A DNA stretch of 64,000 bases from Octopus sinensis (taxonomy: Eukaryota), in contig NC_043000.1 of NCBI RefSeq assembly GCF_006345805.1, positions 149,730,001 to 149,794,000 on the forward strand. Reading direction: 5' to 3'. A program made the position numbers and the translations under genes. Under the pieces are notes generated by a model that saw only the letters and a program-made list of their open reading frames with translations, was not told where the DNA came from and made no database searches. Of this stretch, positions 47,875 through 60,910 are shown piece by piece; position 1 is the first letter of the stretch, and the number at the start of each line of letters is the position of its first letter.

Positions 47875-48130
47875 ATTTATGTCAATAAACAAATTAGATA
47901 TATTAAATATAACAGTTTGATTGTGGCTTGATTTATCCAATGTTGATTGCTTCCATTAGAGCTCACATATTGTAATGAACTACATCTACCAACATTATGA
48001 TAGATCTCCAAGACCCCAGAAACAGCTGTTAGACTTATAACACCTTAACTCCTGCCCTTTAATTTTCTCTGTCATATGTACTCTGTGTAAGTTGGATCTA
48101 TTAATGTAAATATCTATATATTTATACTTA

Positions 48131-49345
48131 AAAGTAAACAGAACAAATACCTCCAAGTTTAGGCTATCATCGACCCCAAAAGTGTTTGAGAGTTCCATTT
48201 TTCTTAAATTCTTCTTTTCCCTTTCCACCGAATCGTTATGGTTGGCTACTTCCTAAAATAAGAATGCAAGATATACAGATCATTTTAACCACCATCTTTC
48301 TAGGTCAGTGTGGATTAGGTATATTTGTTGTAAAACATATTAATATAGTGCTTAATTCGGAAACAATGACCTGGCAGAATCATTAGTATACCAGGCAAAA
48401 ATGTTTGTGGCGTTTCATCCATCTGAGTTCAAATCCTACTGAGATCAACTTTGCCTTTTATCCTTTTGGTGTTCTATAAAATAAGAACCATAAAATAAGA
48501 ACCAGGTGAGTACTGTGGTCAATCTAATCAACTTATCCTCTTCCCCAAAATTGCTGGTCTAGTGCCAAAATTCGAAACCAATATGGTTCTTAATCTGGTG
48601 ACATCTTTTGTATGAGGTTGTAGTGAATGTGTCATCATCATCATCATCATCGTTTAACGTCTGCTTTCTATGCTAGCATGGGTTGTACGGTTCAACTGGG
48701 GTCCGGGAAGCCCGAAGGCTGCACCAGGCCAGTCAGATCTGGCAGTGTTTCTACAGCTGGATGCCCTTCCTAACGCCAACCACTCCGTGAGTGTAGTGGG
48801 TGCTTTTTATGTGCCACCGACACAGGTGCCAGACGAGGCTGGCGAACGGCCACGCTCGGATGGTGTTTTTTTTTATGTGCTACGGACACAGGTGCCAGAC
48901 GAGGTTGGCGAACGGCCACGCTTGGATGGTGTTTTTTTTACGTGCCACCGGCATGCTGTTATATTCACAGGATGCCAGAGACATGAATGTTAATCAACAG
49001 GTGTGCAGCCAGAGTTTGACAGCCAAGTATCTCGTCAGATCAGCTAGCTACAATGTTGTCCAACATCATCATGTGCTGGACCAAACACTGATGCACCTAA
49101 TTTTTTAACAAGAAGAAACTGCACCAACTCATATAGACATTTCTTTCTTTTTTTTAACCCATATAATTATATATCAATTTATTCATATACTCAGATAAAC
49201 TGGCATCTATGGCTGAACTTACATCATTACTTTTCTATTTATACAACATCAGACTCATGTTGTATTAAAGAGCAATGCAGTTGCAGTTAAGAAGAGTTAG
49301 ATAGAGAAGGTTACCACTTGGGCATTGGTGACAGTGTTTGTCACT
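48131..49345 (+). repeat. Local direct duplication, copy 2 (with RTE insertion)
   Basis: Colinear with 44531-45433 apart from 48633-48954. Confidence 0.92.
48633..48954 (-). mobile_element. RTE LINE 3' UTR fragment
   Basis: Absent from the paralogous copy. Confidence 0.9.
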
Positions 49346-49427
49346 TAAAGTAAAAAGTGGAGACGATCAGGTGATAAATATATCATCTGATAGTCTCCAC
49401 TTTTTACTTTCTCTCATTTTACATATA

Positions 49428-49810
49428 CATCATCATCATCATCGTTTAACATCTGTTTTCCATGCTAGCATGGGTTGGACTGTTCGACTGGGGTCTGGGA
49501 AGCCAGGGCTGTACCAGGCTCCAGTCTGATCTGGCAGTGTTTCTACAGCTGGATGCCCTTCCTAACGCCAACCACTCTGTGAGTGTAGTGGGTGCTTTTT
49601 ACGTGTTACCGGCACAGGGGCCAGAGGAGGCTGGCAAACGGCCATGGTCGAATGGTGCCTTTTACGTGCCACCAGCACGGGGCCAGTCGAGGCTGGCAAC
49701 GGCCATGATCGGATGGTGCTTTTTTACGTGCCACCGGCACAGGGGCCAGAGGAGGCTGGCAAACGGCCACGATCAGTTGGTGCTTTTACATGTCACCGAC
49801 ACGGATGCCA
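49428..49810 (-). mobile_element. RTE LINE 3' UTR fragment
   Basis: Tail, core, four units. Confidence 0.88.
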
Positions 49811-49994
49811 GATATACATATTTTGTATTTCATACCCAAACTGTTATATTTATCATAGCTAATTAGTTTATCCACATAATTGCCCCCATATCTGCTCAAT
49901 TTGATCCCTCTTATAGCCATTCTTTAACCAATGAAATTGATCCTCTGTAAAGATGCCAAAGTCTAAGTTTGGATCAGATGAGCACTAAGTGTCT

Positions 49995-50410
49995 TACTCT
50001 TTACTTTTTTACTTGTTTCAGTCATTTGACTGTGGCCATGCTGGAGCACCGCCTTTAGTCGAGCAAATCAACCCCAGAACTTATTCTTTGTAAGCCTAGT
50101 ACTTATTCTATCGGTCTCTTTTGCCGAACCGCTAAGTGACGGGGACCTAAACACACCAGCATCGGTTGTCAAGCAGTGTTGGGGGAGACAAACACAGACA
50201 CACAAACATATACACACACATACATATATATATATATACATATATACGACAGGCTTCTTTCAGTTTCCGTCTACCAAATCCACTCACAAGGCCTTGGTCG
50301 GCCCGGGGCTATAGCAGAAGACACTTGCCCAAGATGCCACGCAGTGGGACTGAACCCGGAACCATGTGGCTGGTTAGCAAGCTACTTACCACACAGCCAC
50401 TCCTACGCCT
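49995..50410 (-). mobile_element. SINE family A
   Basis: Full match. Confidence 0.9.
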
Positions 50411-50712
50411 CTTCTATACTAAGAATTTCTAGATCTCATCTGTCGACTATATATGTGTGTGTGTGTGTATGCGTATTCATTTAATATGTTCATGCCTTTA
50501 CAGTATTTAACACAGAGGGAACAATTTTAGGAGAATCAATTAGTTTTCTACTGTTTATTACTTTCTCCCCACCCCCTCCGTCACTCCTGTCTTCCTCCCC
50601 ATGTTCTTTCTCTTCCAGTGCCTTGCTTGAGCTCTCCAGTTCCCTTTAGGGAAGCGTTAGCACCCACTTCAGGAATTACTGATATAAATACTGCTTTGTT
50701 TTTAAGCTAGCA

Positions 50713-51126
50713 TGCAGGAGTGGCTGTGTGATAAGTAGCTTGCTAACCAACCACATGGTTGCGGGTTCAGTCCCACTGCGTGGCATCTTGGGCAAGTGTC
50801 TTCTGCTATAGCCCCGGGCCGACCAATGCCTTGTGAGTGGATTTGGTAGACGGAAACTGAAAGAAGCCTGTCGTATATATGTATATATATATATATGTGT
50901 GTGTGTGTTTGTGTGTCTATGTTTGTCCCCCTAGCATTGCTTGACAACCGATGCTGGTGTGTTTACGTCCCCGTCACTTAGCGGTTCGGCAAAAGAGACC
51001 GATAGAATAAGTACTGGGCTTACAAAGAATAAGTCCCGGGGTCGATTTGATCGATTAAAGGCAGTGCTCCAGCATGGCCGCAGTCAAATGACTGAAACAA
51101 GTAAAAGAGTAAAAGAGTAAAGAGTA
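50713..51126 (+). mobile_element. SINE family A
   Basis: Near-full match; head-to-head with the previous copy. Confidence 0.9.
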
Positions 51127-51622
51127 ATCGAAATACCAAATAAAGAGGCAAATTATACTGGAAAACATGTAAAAAAGCAATCTTTCGATATGAGTCTCAT
51201 AAATGCCAATTTTGGCAATTTTGGTGAAGAATTCTTATTTATTTACTTTTGTTTTCATGTCCTGTTGAAACTGACATTTGCCTCAGCAGTCCATGAGAAA
51301 GGTGAGAATTGAAACACACGGTAGCACACACACACACGAGTGCTCATGCACATGCACAAACACACACAGACACACACACACACACACACATTGACTTTCA
51401 TGACCATGAGTTGAATAGCGACACATACGCACACACATTCACTCACAAATACACACACACAGACACATACACACAAACATATATATGTATATATATATAT
51501 ACACACATACATAAAGTTGAACATGCTCTCTCTCACACGCACACACACACACATACACCCATACAACTATCGTCTTTCTTATACACTTACACACATAGAT
51601 ACATATACATATATATCTTTTT

Positions 51623-51654
<32 letters not shown>

Positions 51655-51997
51655 TGTATGTATGTATGTATGTATGTATGTGTGTGTGTGTATATGTATA
51701 TTTGCATGCGTTTGTGTATATCTGTGTGACTGCATATATACAACATGCACCATTGTGTATGTATATGTATTTGTATGTATGTACGCATGTAAGTATATGC
51801 ATGTATGTGTATGTACCCGCTGTACCAGTCATTGGCTGAGGTTCTTTTCTCATTCACCACCATTTTATTTTCTTACTTGTTTCTGAAGATACAGAAAATC
51901 GTTTTACCTTTTTTACCATAATTTTTGTATGCATGTAGTATTCTTGAGCAAAACACCTCATCTCATATTACTCTGCAATCACTCCAACACCTGATAT

Positions 51998-52650
51998 TAC
52001 TTTTTACTCTTCTACTTGTTTCAGTCATTTGACTGTGGCCATGCTGGAGCACCACCTTTTTTAGTCGAGCAAATCGACCCCAGGACTTATTCTTTTGTAA
52101 GCCAGGTACTTATTCTATCGGCCTCTTTTGCCGAACCGCTAAGTTACGGGGACGTAAACACACCAGCATCGGTTGTCAAGCAATGCTAGGGGGACAAAGA
52201 CGGACACACAAACACACACACACATACATATATACCGTTCCTGCGAGCTGGCAGGAACGGTAGCATGCTGGGCGAAATGCGTAGCCGTATTTCGTCTGCC
52301 ATTAAGTTCTGAGTTCAAATTCCGCCGAGGCTGACTTTGCCTTTCATCCTTTCGGGGTCGATAAATTAAGTACCAGTTACGCACTGGGGTCGATGGAATC
52401 GACTTAATCCCTTTGTCTGTCCTTGTTTGTCCCCTCTGTGTTTAGCCCCTTGTGGGTAGTAAAGAAATATATATATATATATATACAACGGGCTTCTTTC
52501 AGTTTCCGTCTACCAAATCCACTCACAAGGCTTTGGTCGGCCCGAGGCTATAGTAGAAGACACTTGCCCAAGGTGTCACACAGTGGGACTGAACCCGGAA
52601 CCATGTGGTTCGTAAGCAAGCTACTTACCACACAGCCACTTCTATGCCTA
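51998..52650 (-). mobile_element. SINE family A with a SINE family B (plus strand, ~52245-52470) nested in its microsatellite
   Basis: A-body resumes after AAAGAAATA(TA)n. Confidence 0.88.
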
Positions 52651-53517
52651 TGTGCTACAATGTGCAATTGTTCAGGAAATATTGATTTGATGGAGTGAGT
52701 GAGCTGATGTGTGGCACGAACATCTGATCACGATAAACAAATTGTTTGTGCAAGTTGTTTGGCAAAGGCTGTACGCTCATTCACCATCTTCCACGGGAGC
52801 GCCCATCATCATGTATGCATGTAGGCGTGTATGTGTGTGTGTGTGCAAGTGTGGGATTCACTATTCAGCAGTCATGAAAATCAATATGTGTTGTGTGTGT
52901 GTGTGTGTGTGTGTATGTGCACACACAACAAATCGACTTTCTTGTCTGTTGAATAGTGAAACACACACTCACACGCACACACATGCACACACTTGCACAC
53001 ACACACACATAAATATATACACATACATACATAAACTGAACATGTTTGTGCACACATACACACATACGTGCATACATACATACATACATACATACATACA
53101 TACAGACAGACAGACAGATAGACAGACATACACACTATTATAATGTGGATCCACGTCCACTTGCATATTATTGCCGGACTGTAATATTCTTTTCACCACA
53201 ATTGTGCTGTGGCAGTATTCTGCATCTTATCATCTTTGACTCATCTATTGTGCTATCGCTGAGAGTTCTGCAAGACAACGACTTTGAAACATCTACCTTG
53301 ATGGTAACTTGAACTCATATATATCACGTAACTGACACTGACTCCAATTGAGAACTCATACAACGACTCTATTACTACTGAATTTCTTTATTTGGCACCA
53401 TGGCCACAATACAGAGGGGGGACATAACAAGGACAGACACAACACCACAATGGGGACATAAAACATAAAATGCACTCTGGCCACATGTTTGCCACAGTAT
53501 GACGGCAAAAGTATCCT

Positions 53518-53750
53518 ATTTCTTTACTGCCCACAAGGGGGCTAAACACAGAGAGGACAAACAAGGACAGACAAACGGATTCAGTCGAGTTTATCGACCC
53601 CAGTGCGTAACTGGTACTTAGTTTATCGACCTCGAAAGGATGAAAGGCAAAGTCGACCTCGGCAGAATTTGAACTCGGAACGTAACGTCAGACGAAATAT
53701 GGCTACGCATTTCGCCTGGCATGCTAACGTTTCTCCCAGCTCACCGCCTT
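53518..53750 (-). mobile_element. SINE family B
   Basis: Full match. Confidence 0.87.
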
Positions 53751-54310
53751 ATCCACTCCTTCAATCTTATTGCCTCCGTTGCATGCCTGATTACCCCTTC
53801 CTCTGTCGCAAAGCGCACCTCCATGGTGGCATACTTCCTTCCTCTTGTTATATAAGTTGTTAATTTTTTAATGCTTTTCAACTCTTCTTCGATTTCCTCC
53901 ACTGTTGCAATCTCCATCCTTCTCGTTGCTATTTTCATTGTTTTATGCGTAACTGTTCGTCTCGCTACACTGCTTGTCAGCTCAGCAGGTGGCGTCAACT
54001 TCAACGTCTCTACATCCTTCTCCAGCAACTTTTCACATCCCTGTGGTGTGTGCGAGAAATTCAAAACAAAGGCACCTACCTTCTCTGATGGAGACCCTTC
54101 AGCGGTAACGGATCCTTCGACACAGCCCGACCCGAACGCTAGAGATAGCAGCTGCTTCACCCAACCTTAACAATGTGATCACCCCGTCTTAACCCCTTGA
54201 CGACCGGACTTGAAAAAGGCAGAATGACCCACTCACTGCGCACACATCACGGCTGCCCCTTCCGGTCAGCTCCCCAGCTGCTGACGTCATCCCACCTTCA
54301 TTTTCCTTGG
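53751..54310 (-). mobile_element. Tx1-like LINE 5' region and ORF1 N-terminus
   Basis: RGRKYATMEVRFATEE resembles RFASIEVRFKNAE at ~18700; GC-rich leader shared with 45434-45720. Confidence 0.65.
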
Positions 54311-55789
54311 TTTGACCTTAATTTCAATCATCTTCAACGTTTCCTCTTCTGATCCCTTTCCAGTTGCAACTGCACAACTGTGGCCACCCGTTGGCACTTT
54401 CTCCTTTTTTCCCCTCAACAACAATTAACAATATCAACAATCAAACAGCAATAAACGAACAATTATTTAACACTCTTACTCACAAAAACACTCCGTCATC
54501 AACAACTCAACTCCAAAAGTAACACTGTCAAATACTCTCCAACTCTGCTACTACTGACTGCCTGACTTCATAGTTGCTGGCTCAACCCACTTTGTCACAT
54601 GGGAAGAACTGGACTATTTTCACTACAACATCTCCCCTTTTAGCTTACTTTTTTCTTTGGGAAGCAAGTAATTTTATTTTATTTTATTCACCCCTCCTCC
54701 CATTTTTGCATTCTATTTTTTCCAACTTAATATTTTTCTCTTTTTGGCATCTATTTATAGGAACTCTATGTTCTTCCATATTCTCCCACTTGTTTGCATG
54801 GATTCAACCACCTGTAAAGGTGTTGGTACCTGAAATGTATCATACAGCCATTCCTTAAGTTCTTCTAATCTGTCTGGTTCATTTTCTATGAATCTCTTCT
54901 TCAAATGGTATCTGTGTCTGTTTCAATACTTTTACTGCTTTTAATTCTGTACATCATTTTTCCTATGTACTTTGTAATTTTGCCTTCTTCCCAGTATTGT
55001 TTTCCATTTTTATACGACCTCATGTACAACTTTGGATTGTCTTTCTTGATACTTTTTCTTTCCTTGCCAGGTAACAGTTTATCAAAAACTGATTTCACCT
55101 TCCTCGTGAACATCAGTTCCGTTGGTGAGCTTCATGCTGATGTATTGGGGTTTGGTGTTAGCCTGTATACCCTTAGGAATTGCTACAGAGAGATTTCATC
55201 TATAGCTTCCTTGTTTGCTTTTTCAAAGTTTTTTTAAAAGTGTCCACGAAAAGCTTTGCCTGTCCATTTGATCAGGGATAGTAAAATGCTATCGTTTTAT
55301 GTTCTACTGTGAACATTCCACAGAATGTTCTACATTCACTGGACACATATTGCGTTCCATTATCAGATACAACCACGTCTGGGATAACAAATCTTGCGAA
55401 TAATTCGTGCATAAAATTCATTACTGTCACGGATGTTAGTCTTTTGCACTTAACAATTTCCGGCATTTTGTAAAACTGTCAACTACTACTAAGTAGTAAT
55501 AACCATTTAACAGACTCACAAAATCAGTGTGTAGTCTCGTCCATGGACTTTTTACTTCTGGCCAAGGCTCTCATTTTTGAGTAGGCAATTTCACTGCCAG
55601 AACACATCCTCTGCAACCTTTTACTACGTTTTCAACTTCCTTGACCATCTTTGGCCAATACACATAACTGCACATAAGCGCTTTCATCCTTGCAATCCCC
55701 AGTTGTCCAATATGGAATTCTTTTAACATTATTGTTTGTAGAGTCTCACATATCACTGCCCTTTGGCCATACATCAGCACACCAGCACA

Positions 55790-55999
55790 TACTCTTTACT
55801 CTTTTACTTGTTTCAGTCATTTGACTACGGCCATGCTGGAGCACCACCTTTAATCGAGCAACTCGACCCCGGGACTTATTCTTTGTAAGCCCAGTACTTA
55901 TTCTATCGGTCTCTTTTGCCGAACCATTAAGTGATGGGGACGTAAACACATCAGCATCGGTTGTCAAACAATGCTAGAGGTACAAACACAGACACACAA

Positions 56000-56047
<48 letters not shown>

Positions 56048-56218
56048 TATACATATATACGACGGGCTTCTTTCAGTTTCCGTCTACCAAATCCACTCAC
56101 AAGGCATTGGTCGGCCCGAGGCTATAGCAGAAGACACTTGCCAAGGTGCCACACAGTGGGACTGAACCCGGAACCATGTGGTTGGTTAGCAAGCTACTTA
56201 CCACACAGCCACTCCTGC
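55790..56218 (-). mobile_element. SINE family A (inside Gypsy)
   Basis: Near-full match. Confidence 0.9.
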
Positions 56219-57013
56219 TGTTGAATATATGTTTACATCTTGTTCTTTCTTACTGAACCATTTTTTTTATTTTCTTTCATTGACCACAGAGTTTTTTGTT
56301 TTATTAACAAACTTGTCTTTTGATGTGTGTCACTTTATCTCCTCCAGAGTTATTGGTGACTTTCATACAGTGTTCCACATTATGTGTTTAATTTCCCCTT
56401 TGACTCTCAGGGCTGCTATTACTGTGTCCTCGAATGGTTTGCCATTTCTGAGTATTAACCTGGATAGGCAGTCAGCATGTCCGAACTTTTTTGAAGGTAA
56501 ATATTCCATTGCGTAGTCGTAATTTAGTAGTATGGTGTCCCATTGCTGCAACCTGTGGAACTTTTTTATGCCACATATAATCACCAATGCTTCTTTTTCA
56601 AATTGGCTATAATCTTTTTCCACTGGCAATAGCATCCTTGATGCATGATCTATGGCCTTTTGACTGCCATCTTACCATTTGTGTAAGAGTATGGTACCTA
56701 CCCCGTACTCATTAGCATCTGTTGCCAGTATTGTTTCCAACTTCAAAACAAAGTGTGTGACAAGTCTGAAATTAACATGCTTTTTAGTTCCTCAAATGCC
56801 TCCTGGCATTTTTCTGACCAAAACTATTTTGCATCCTTTTTTTAACGGCTCCTTTAGTGGAGCCCTTATGTTGTGTATGTTCGGGATATATATTTGGTAA
56901 AAGTTTGGACAGCCTAAAAATGTTTGTAACAATATGATGTTCATTTGGGAGGCATATTCCATACTGTTGTTGCCCTTGATAAGTTTGGCCTTCATCCCCT
57001 TTTGTCAATTACT

Positions 57014-57224
57014 TACTCTTTTACTCTTTTACTTGTTTCAGTCATTTGACTGCGGCCATGCTGGAGCACCACCTTTAGTTGAGCAAATCAACCCCGGGAC
57101 TTATTCTTTGTAAGCCCAGTATTTATTCTATCAGTCTCTTTTGCTGAAGCGCTAAGTGACAGGGATGTAAACACACCAGCATCGGTTGTCAAGCAATGCT
57201 AGGGGGACAAACACAGACACACAA

Positions 57225-57283
<59 letters not shown>

Positions 57284-57450
57284 TACGACAGGCTTCTTTC
57301 AGTTTCCGTCTACCAAATCCACTCACAAGGCTTTGGTTGGCCCAAGGCTATAGTAGAAGACACTTGCCCAAGATGCTACGCAGAGGGACTGAACCCGGAA
57401 CCATGTGGTTGGTTAGCAAGCTACTTACCACACAGCCACTCCTGCGCCTA
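57014..57450 (-). mobile_element. SINE family A (inside Gypsy)
   Basis: Full match. Confidence 0.9.
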
Positions 57451-58218
57451 TAATATTGACCCAAATATTTTATTTTTTCCATCAAAATTCACTTTTCCTC
57501 TGTTAGTCTAAACCAGTATTCATATATTTTTTCGAATGCTTTTTTAATATGCTTGAAGTGTTGCTCCACCGTCTCATTCTTTATCAAAATATCATCAAGA
57601 TAAGCGATAGCTAAGTCGCAATCAGTTAATATTGTGTCCATCACTTATTGGAATATGGCAGGTGCCACTTTTACTCCAAAAGGAAGCTGCTTGAATTTAT
57701 ACAATCTATGTTGTGTGTTGATTGTTAAAAGATTTGTGCAATCTTCCTCTACCTGTATCTGTAGATACACCTCAGAGAGGTCTAACTTTGAGAAAATTTT
57801 TCTTCCATTGACCCAAATATTTGATTATTTTTTTCTTTACATAAACCGTTGGAGCTGCCCAGTCTGAATAGTCAACTTTTTCAATTATAGCTAGACTTTA
57901 TAGTCTTCCTAGCTTTTTATAGAGCTGGTCCAATGCCACAATTGGCATGTTCCATTTGGGCCTAAAAACAGGTGTTGCCTTTTCTTTTGCCACTATCTTC
58001 ACTTTTGTTTTAGTGAAATAGCCTAATCCTTCCAAAAAACATTTGGAAACAATCTTTTAATATTTTGTCTCAGTTCTTCAACTTCATTCAAACTTTTAAC
58101 AATACTAACTACCTTTTCACAGAGAACACTAATGGAGGTATTCCACATTTTAAATAACTCCATGCAATCTGTGCCAAATAGGTTTAGTGATTGTTCTCAA
58201 CACATATATGATAGTCCT

Positions 58219-58451
58219 ATAGGCAGCGAGCTGGCAGAATCGTTAGCACGCCGGGCGAAATGCGTAACCGTATTTCGTCTGCCGTTACGTTCTGAGTTCA
58301 AATTCCGCCAAGGTCGACTTTGCCTTTCATCCTTTTGGGGTCGATTAAATAAGTACCAGTTATGCACTGGGGTCGATGTAATCGACTTAATCCGTTTGTC
58401 TGTTTTTGTTTGTCCCTTCTGTGTTTAACCCCTTGTGGGTAGTAAAGAAAT
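58219..58451 (+). mobile_element. SINE family B (inside Gypsy), 15-bp TSD
   Basis: ATATATGATAGTCCT at 58204-58218 and 58452-58466. Confidence 0.88.
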
Positions 58452-58822
58452 ATATATGATAGTCCTTTTCGGTTCACCGCAAAAAGTTACATTGCAAATA
58501 TATTTGTCATTGAAATATAATTTCTTTTCTGTAACACCATATGCTACATTATTTGATTTAAATAATTTTGGCTTACAGATTTGCCACCATGTTTCTTCAT
58601 TTATTACAGCGATGTTACTACCTGTGTCTAATTGCATTTTGACACTAGTGGTTTCGATTCTCACCTTAATGAGTTTTCTATTCATTGTACAAACTTTTTT
58701 CTCTGATGACAAACTATTTATTATTTTCTCGTTTGGTCCAATTTTTTGTCATCTTAGTTCTGCAGTGCAATTCAATGTGTCTTGCATTCCCAAAATGAAA
58801 ACATTTCTCTTTTTTGAACAGA

Positions 58823-59248
58823 TGCAGGAGTGGCTGTGTGGTAAGTAGCTTGCTAACCAACCACATGGTTCCGGGTTCAGTCCCACTGCGTGGTATCTTG
58901 GGCAAGTGTCTTCTGCTATAGCCCCGGCCGACCAATGCCTTGTGAGTGGATTTGGTAGACGGAAACTGAAAGAAGCCTGTCGTATATATGTATATATATA
59001 TATATATATGTGTGTGTGTGGTGGTGTTTTGTGTGTCTGTTTTTTGTTCCCCTAGCATTGCTTGACAACCGATGCTGGTGTGTTTACTCCCCCCGTCATT
59101 TAGCGGTTCGGTAAAAAGAGACCGATAGAATAAGTACTGGGCTTACAAAGAATAAGTCCCGGGGTCGATTTGCTCGACTAAAAGTGGTGCTCCAGCATGG
59201 CCGCAGTCAATGACTGAAACAAGTAAAAGAGTAAGAGAGTAAAGAGAG
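58823..59248 (+). mobile_element. SINE family A (inside Gypsy gag)
   Basis: Near-full match. Confidence 0.9.
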
Positions 59249-60049
59249 ACACTCTTTCCTCAGGTGCCTACCACCACATGCTTTGCATGGGTTTATCTCC
59301 TGATATATATCATGATTTTTGCAAAACACTTTATCCATCTTCCGACTTTTTTGCACTGGTTTTATCTGTAAACAATCTCTGTGTTGGATTTCTTCTGTGT
59401 CATGCCTTACTTTTAATATCTTATTGCACTCTTCTGATAGTTTCTGGAGAGTTGTATCCTGGTTCATTTACGGCTTTGCAAGAATTTTCATTCTGACTTC
59501 TCAGTCCTTTTTAGCAGTAAGTTCCTGAGCAACAATCAGGCTTCTCAAAACCAGAAAGGAGAAAGCTGATTCAAAGTCTACTGATCCAAGCCCTTACCGG
59601 AACTGTAAAAAAAACTGTAAAACTTACCAGAAGTTTATCATTTAAGTATATATAAGCATGCCTAGATATGCAAGTAAATGCATGAGAATATATACATAAA
59701 ACAAAACATATAAATCTGTACATATACCTACAAACGAAACTACCCTGTTGATGCTTTTGAAATTCCAATGAAGGAGCCTTGGATCTAGGTTAGAAACCAG
59801 CTCCTTTCTTATTGGCAAGAAATCTTGAAATAAAACTGAATAGGACATACATACATAATCGTAAAAAGGTAAAACAATGTCCAGTATATTGAGAAACAAA
59901 AAAAAAATATGATGAGAAACGAACCCCAGACACTGTCTGGTACTGAGTGTACATACACATACATGCATGTACTTACGCATGCACAAATGTATATACATAC
60001 ACTTAAATACTTACACACAAATACATATACATACACAATAATACATATT

Positions 60050-60471
60050 TACTCTTTTACTTGTTTCAGTTAATTTGACTGCGGCCATGCCGGAGCACCG
60101 CCTTTAGTCGAGCAAATCGACCCCCGGGACTTATTCTTTGTAAGCCCAGTACTTATTCTATCGGTCTCTTTTGCCGGACCGCTAAGTGACGGGGACGTAA
60201 ACACACCAGCATCGGTTGTCAAGCAATGTTGGGGGAGACAAACACAGACACACAAACATATACACACACATACAAATATATATATATATATATATATACA
60301 TATATACGACAGGCTTCTTTCAGTTTCTGTCTACCAAATCCACTCACAAGGTATTGGTCGGCCCGAGACTATAGCAGAAGACACTTGCCCAAGGTGTCAC
60401 GCAGTGGGACTGAACCCAGAACCATGTGGTTGGTTAGCAAGCTACTTGCCACACAGCCACTCCTGCGCCTA
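60050..60471 (-). mobile_element. SINE family A
   Basis: Full match. Confidence 0.9.
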
Positions 60472-60609
60472 TATTGTATATACGCATACACACAGATCTG
60501 CATACATACATATATATACATGCATACATACAAAAAAGATGTATAGCATATGTATTTATGTATGTACATGTATAAGACAATGGGTGTGTGTGTGTGCGTG
60601 TATGAGTGT

Positions 60610-60840
60610 GTGTATCGAGTGTGTCTCACTACTCAGCTCATGGACGTGAAACTAAATGTGTGTATGTGTGTGCGCGCGTGTGTATGTATGTGTGTGTGTG
60701 AGTGTGTGTGTGTGAGTGTGTGTGTGTGTGAGTGTGTGTGTGTGTCGAGTGTGTCTCACTACTCAGCTCATGGACGTGAAAGTAAATGTGTGTATGTGTG
60801 TGCGCGCGTGTGTATGTATGTGTGTGTGAGTGTGTGTGTA

Positions 60841-60871
<31 letters not shown>

Positions 60872-60910
60872 CTCACTACTCAGTTCATGGACGTGAAAGT
60901 AATTTTGTGT
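60610..60910. repeat. ~120-130-bp tandem repeat, 3 units: CTCACTACTCAGCTCATGGACGTGAAA embedded in (TG)n
   Basis: Units at ~60620, ~60752 and ~60870. Confidence 0.85.

Larger units (their letters stand above)
54600..59560 (-). mobile_element. Decayed Ty3/Gypsy element (gag end, protease, RT, RNase H, integrase, PPT and LTR start)
   Basis: CKACGGRHLRKEC knuckle; QLDTGS protease; LPFGVKVAPAIFQ and AYLDDILI; DYSQFEKEAL; ELFARF.IPDVVVSDNGTQ; PPT AAAAGGGGAGA (54641-54631) then TGTTGTAG. Confidence 0.92.
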
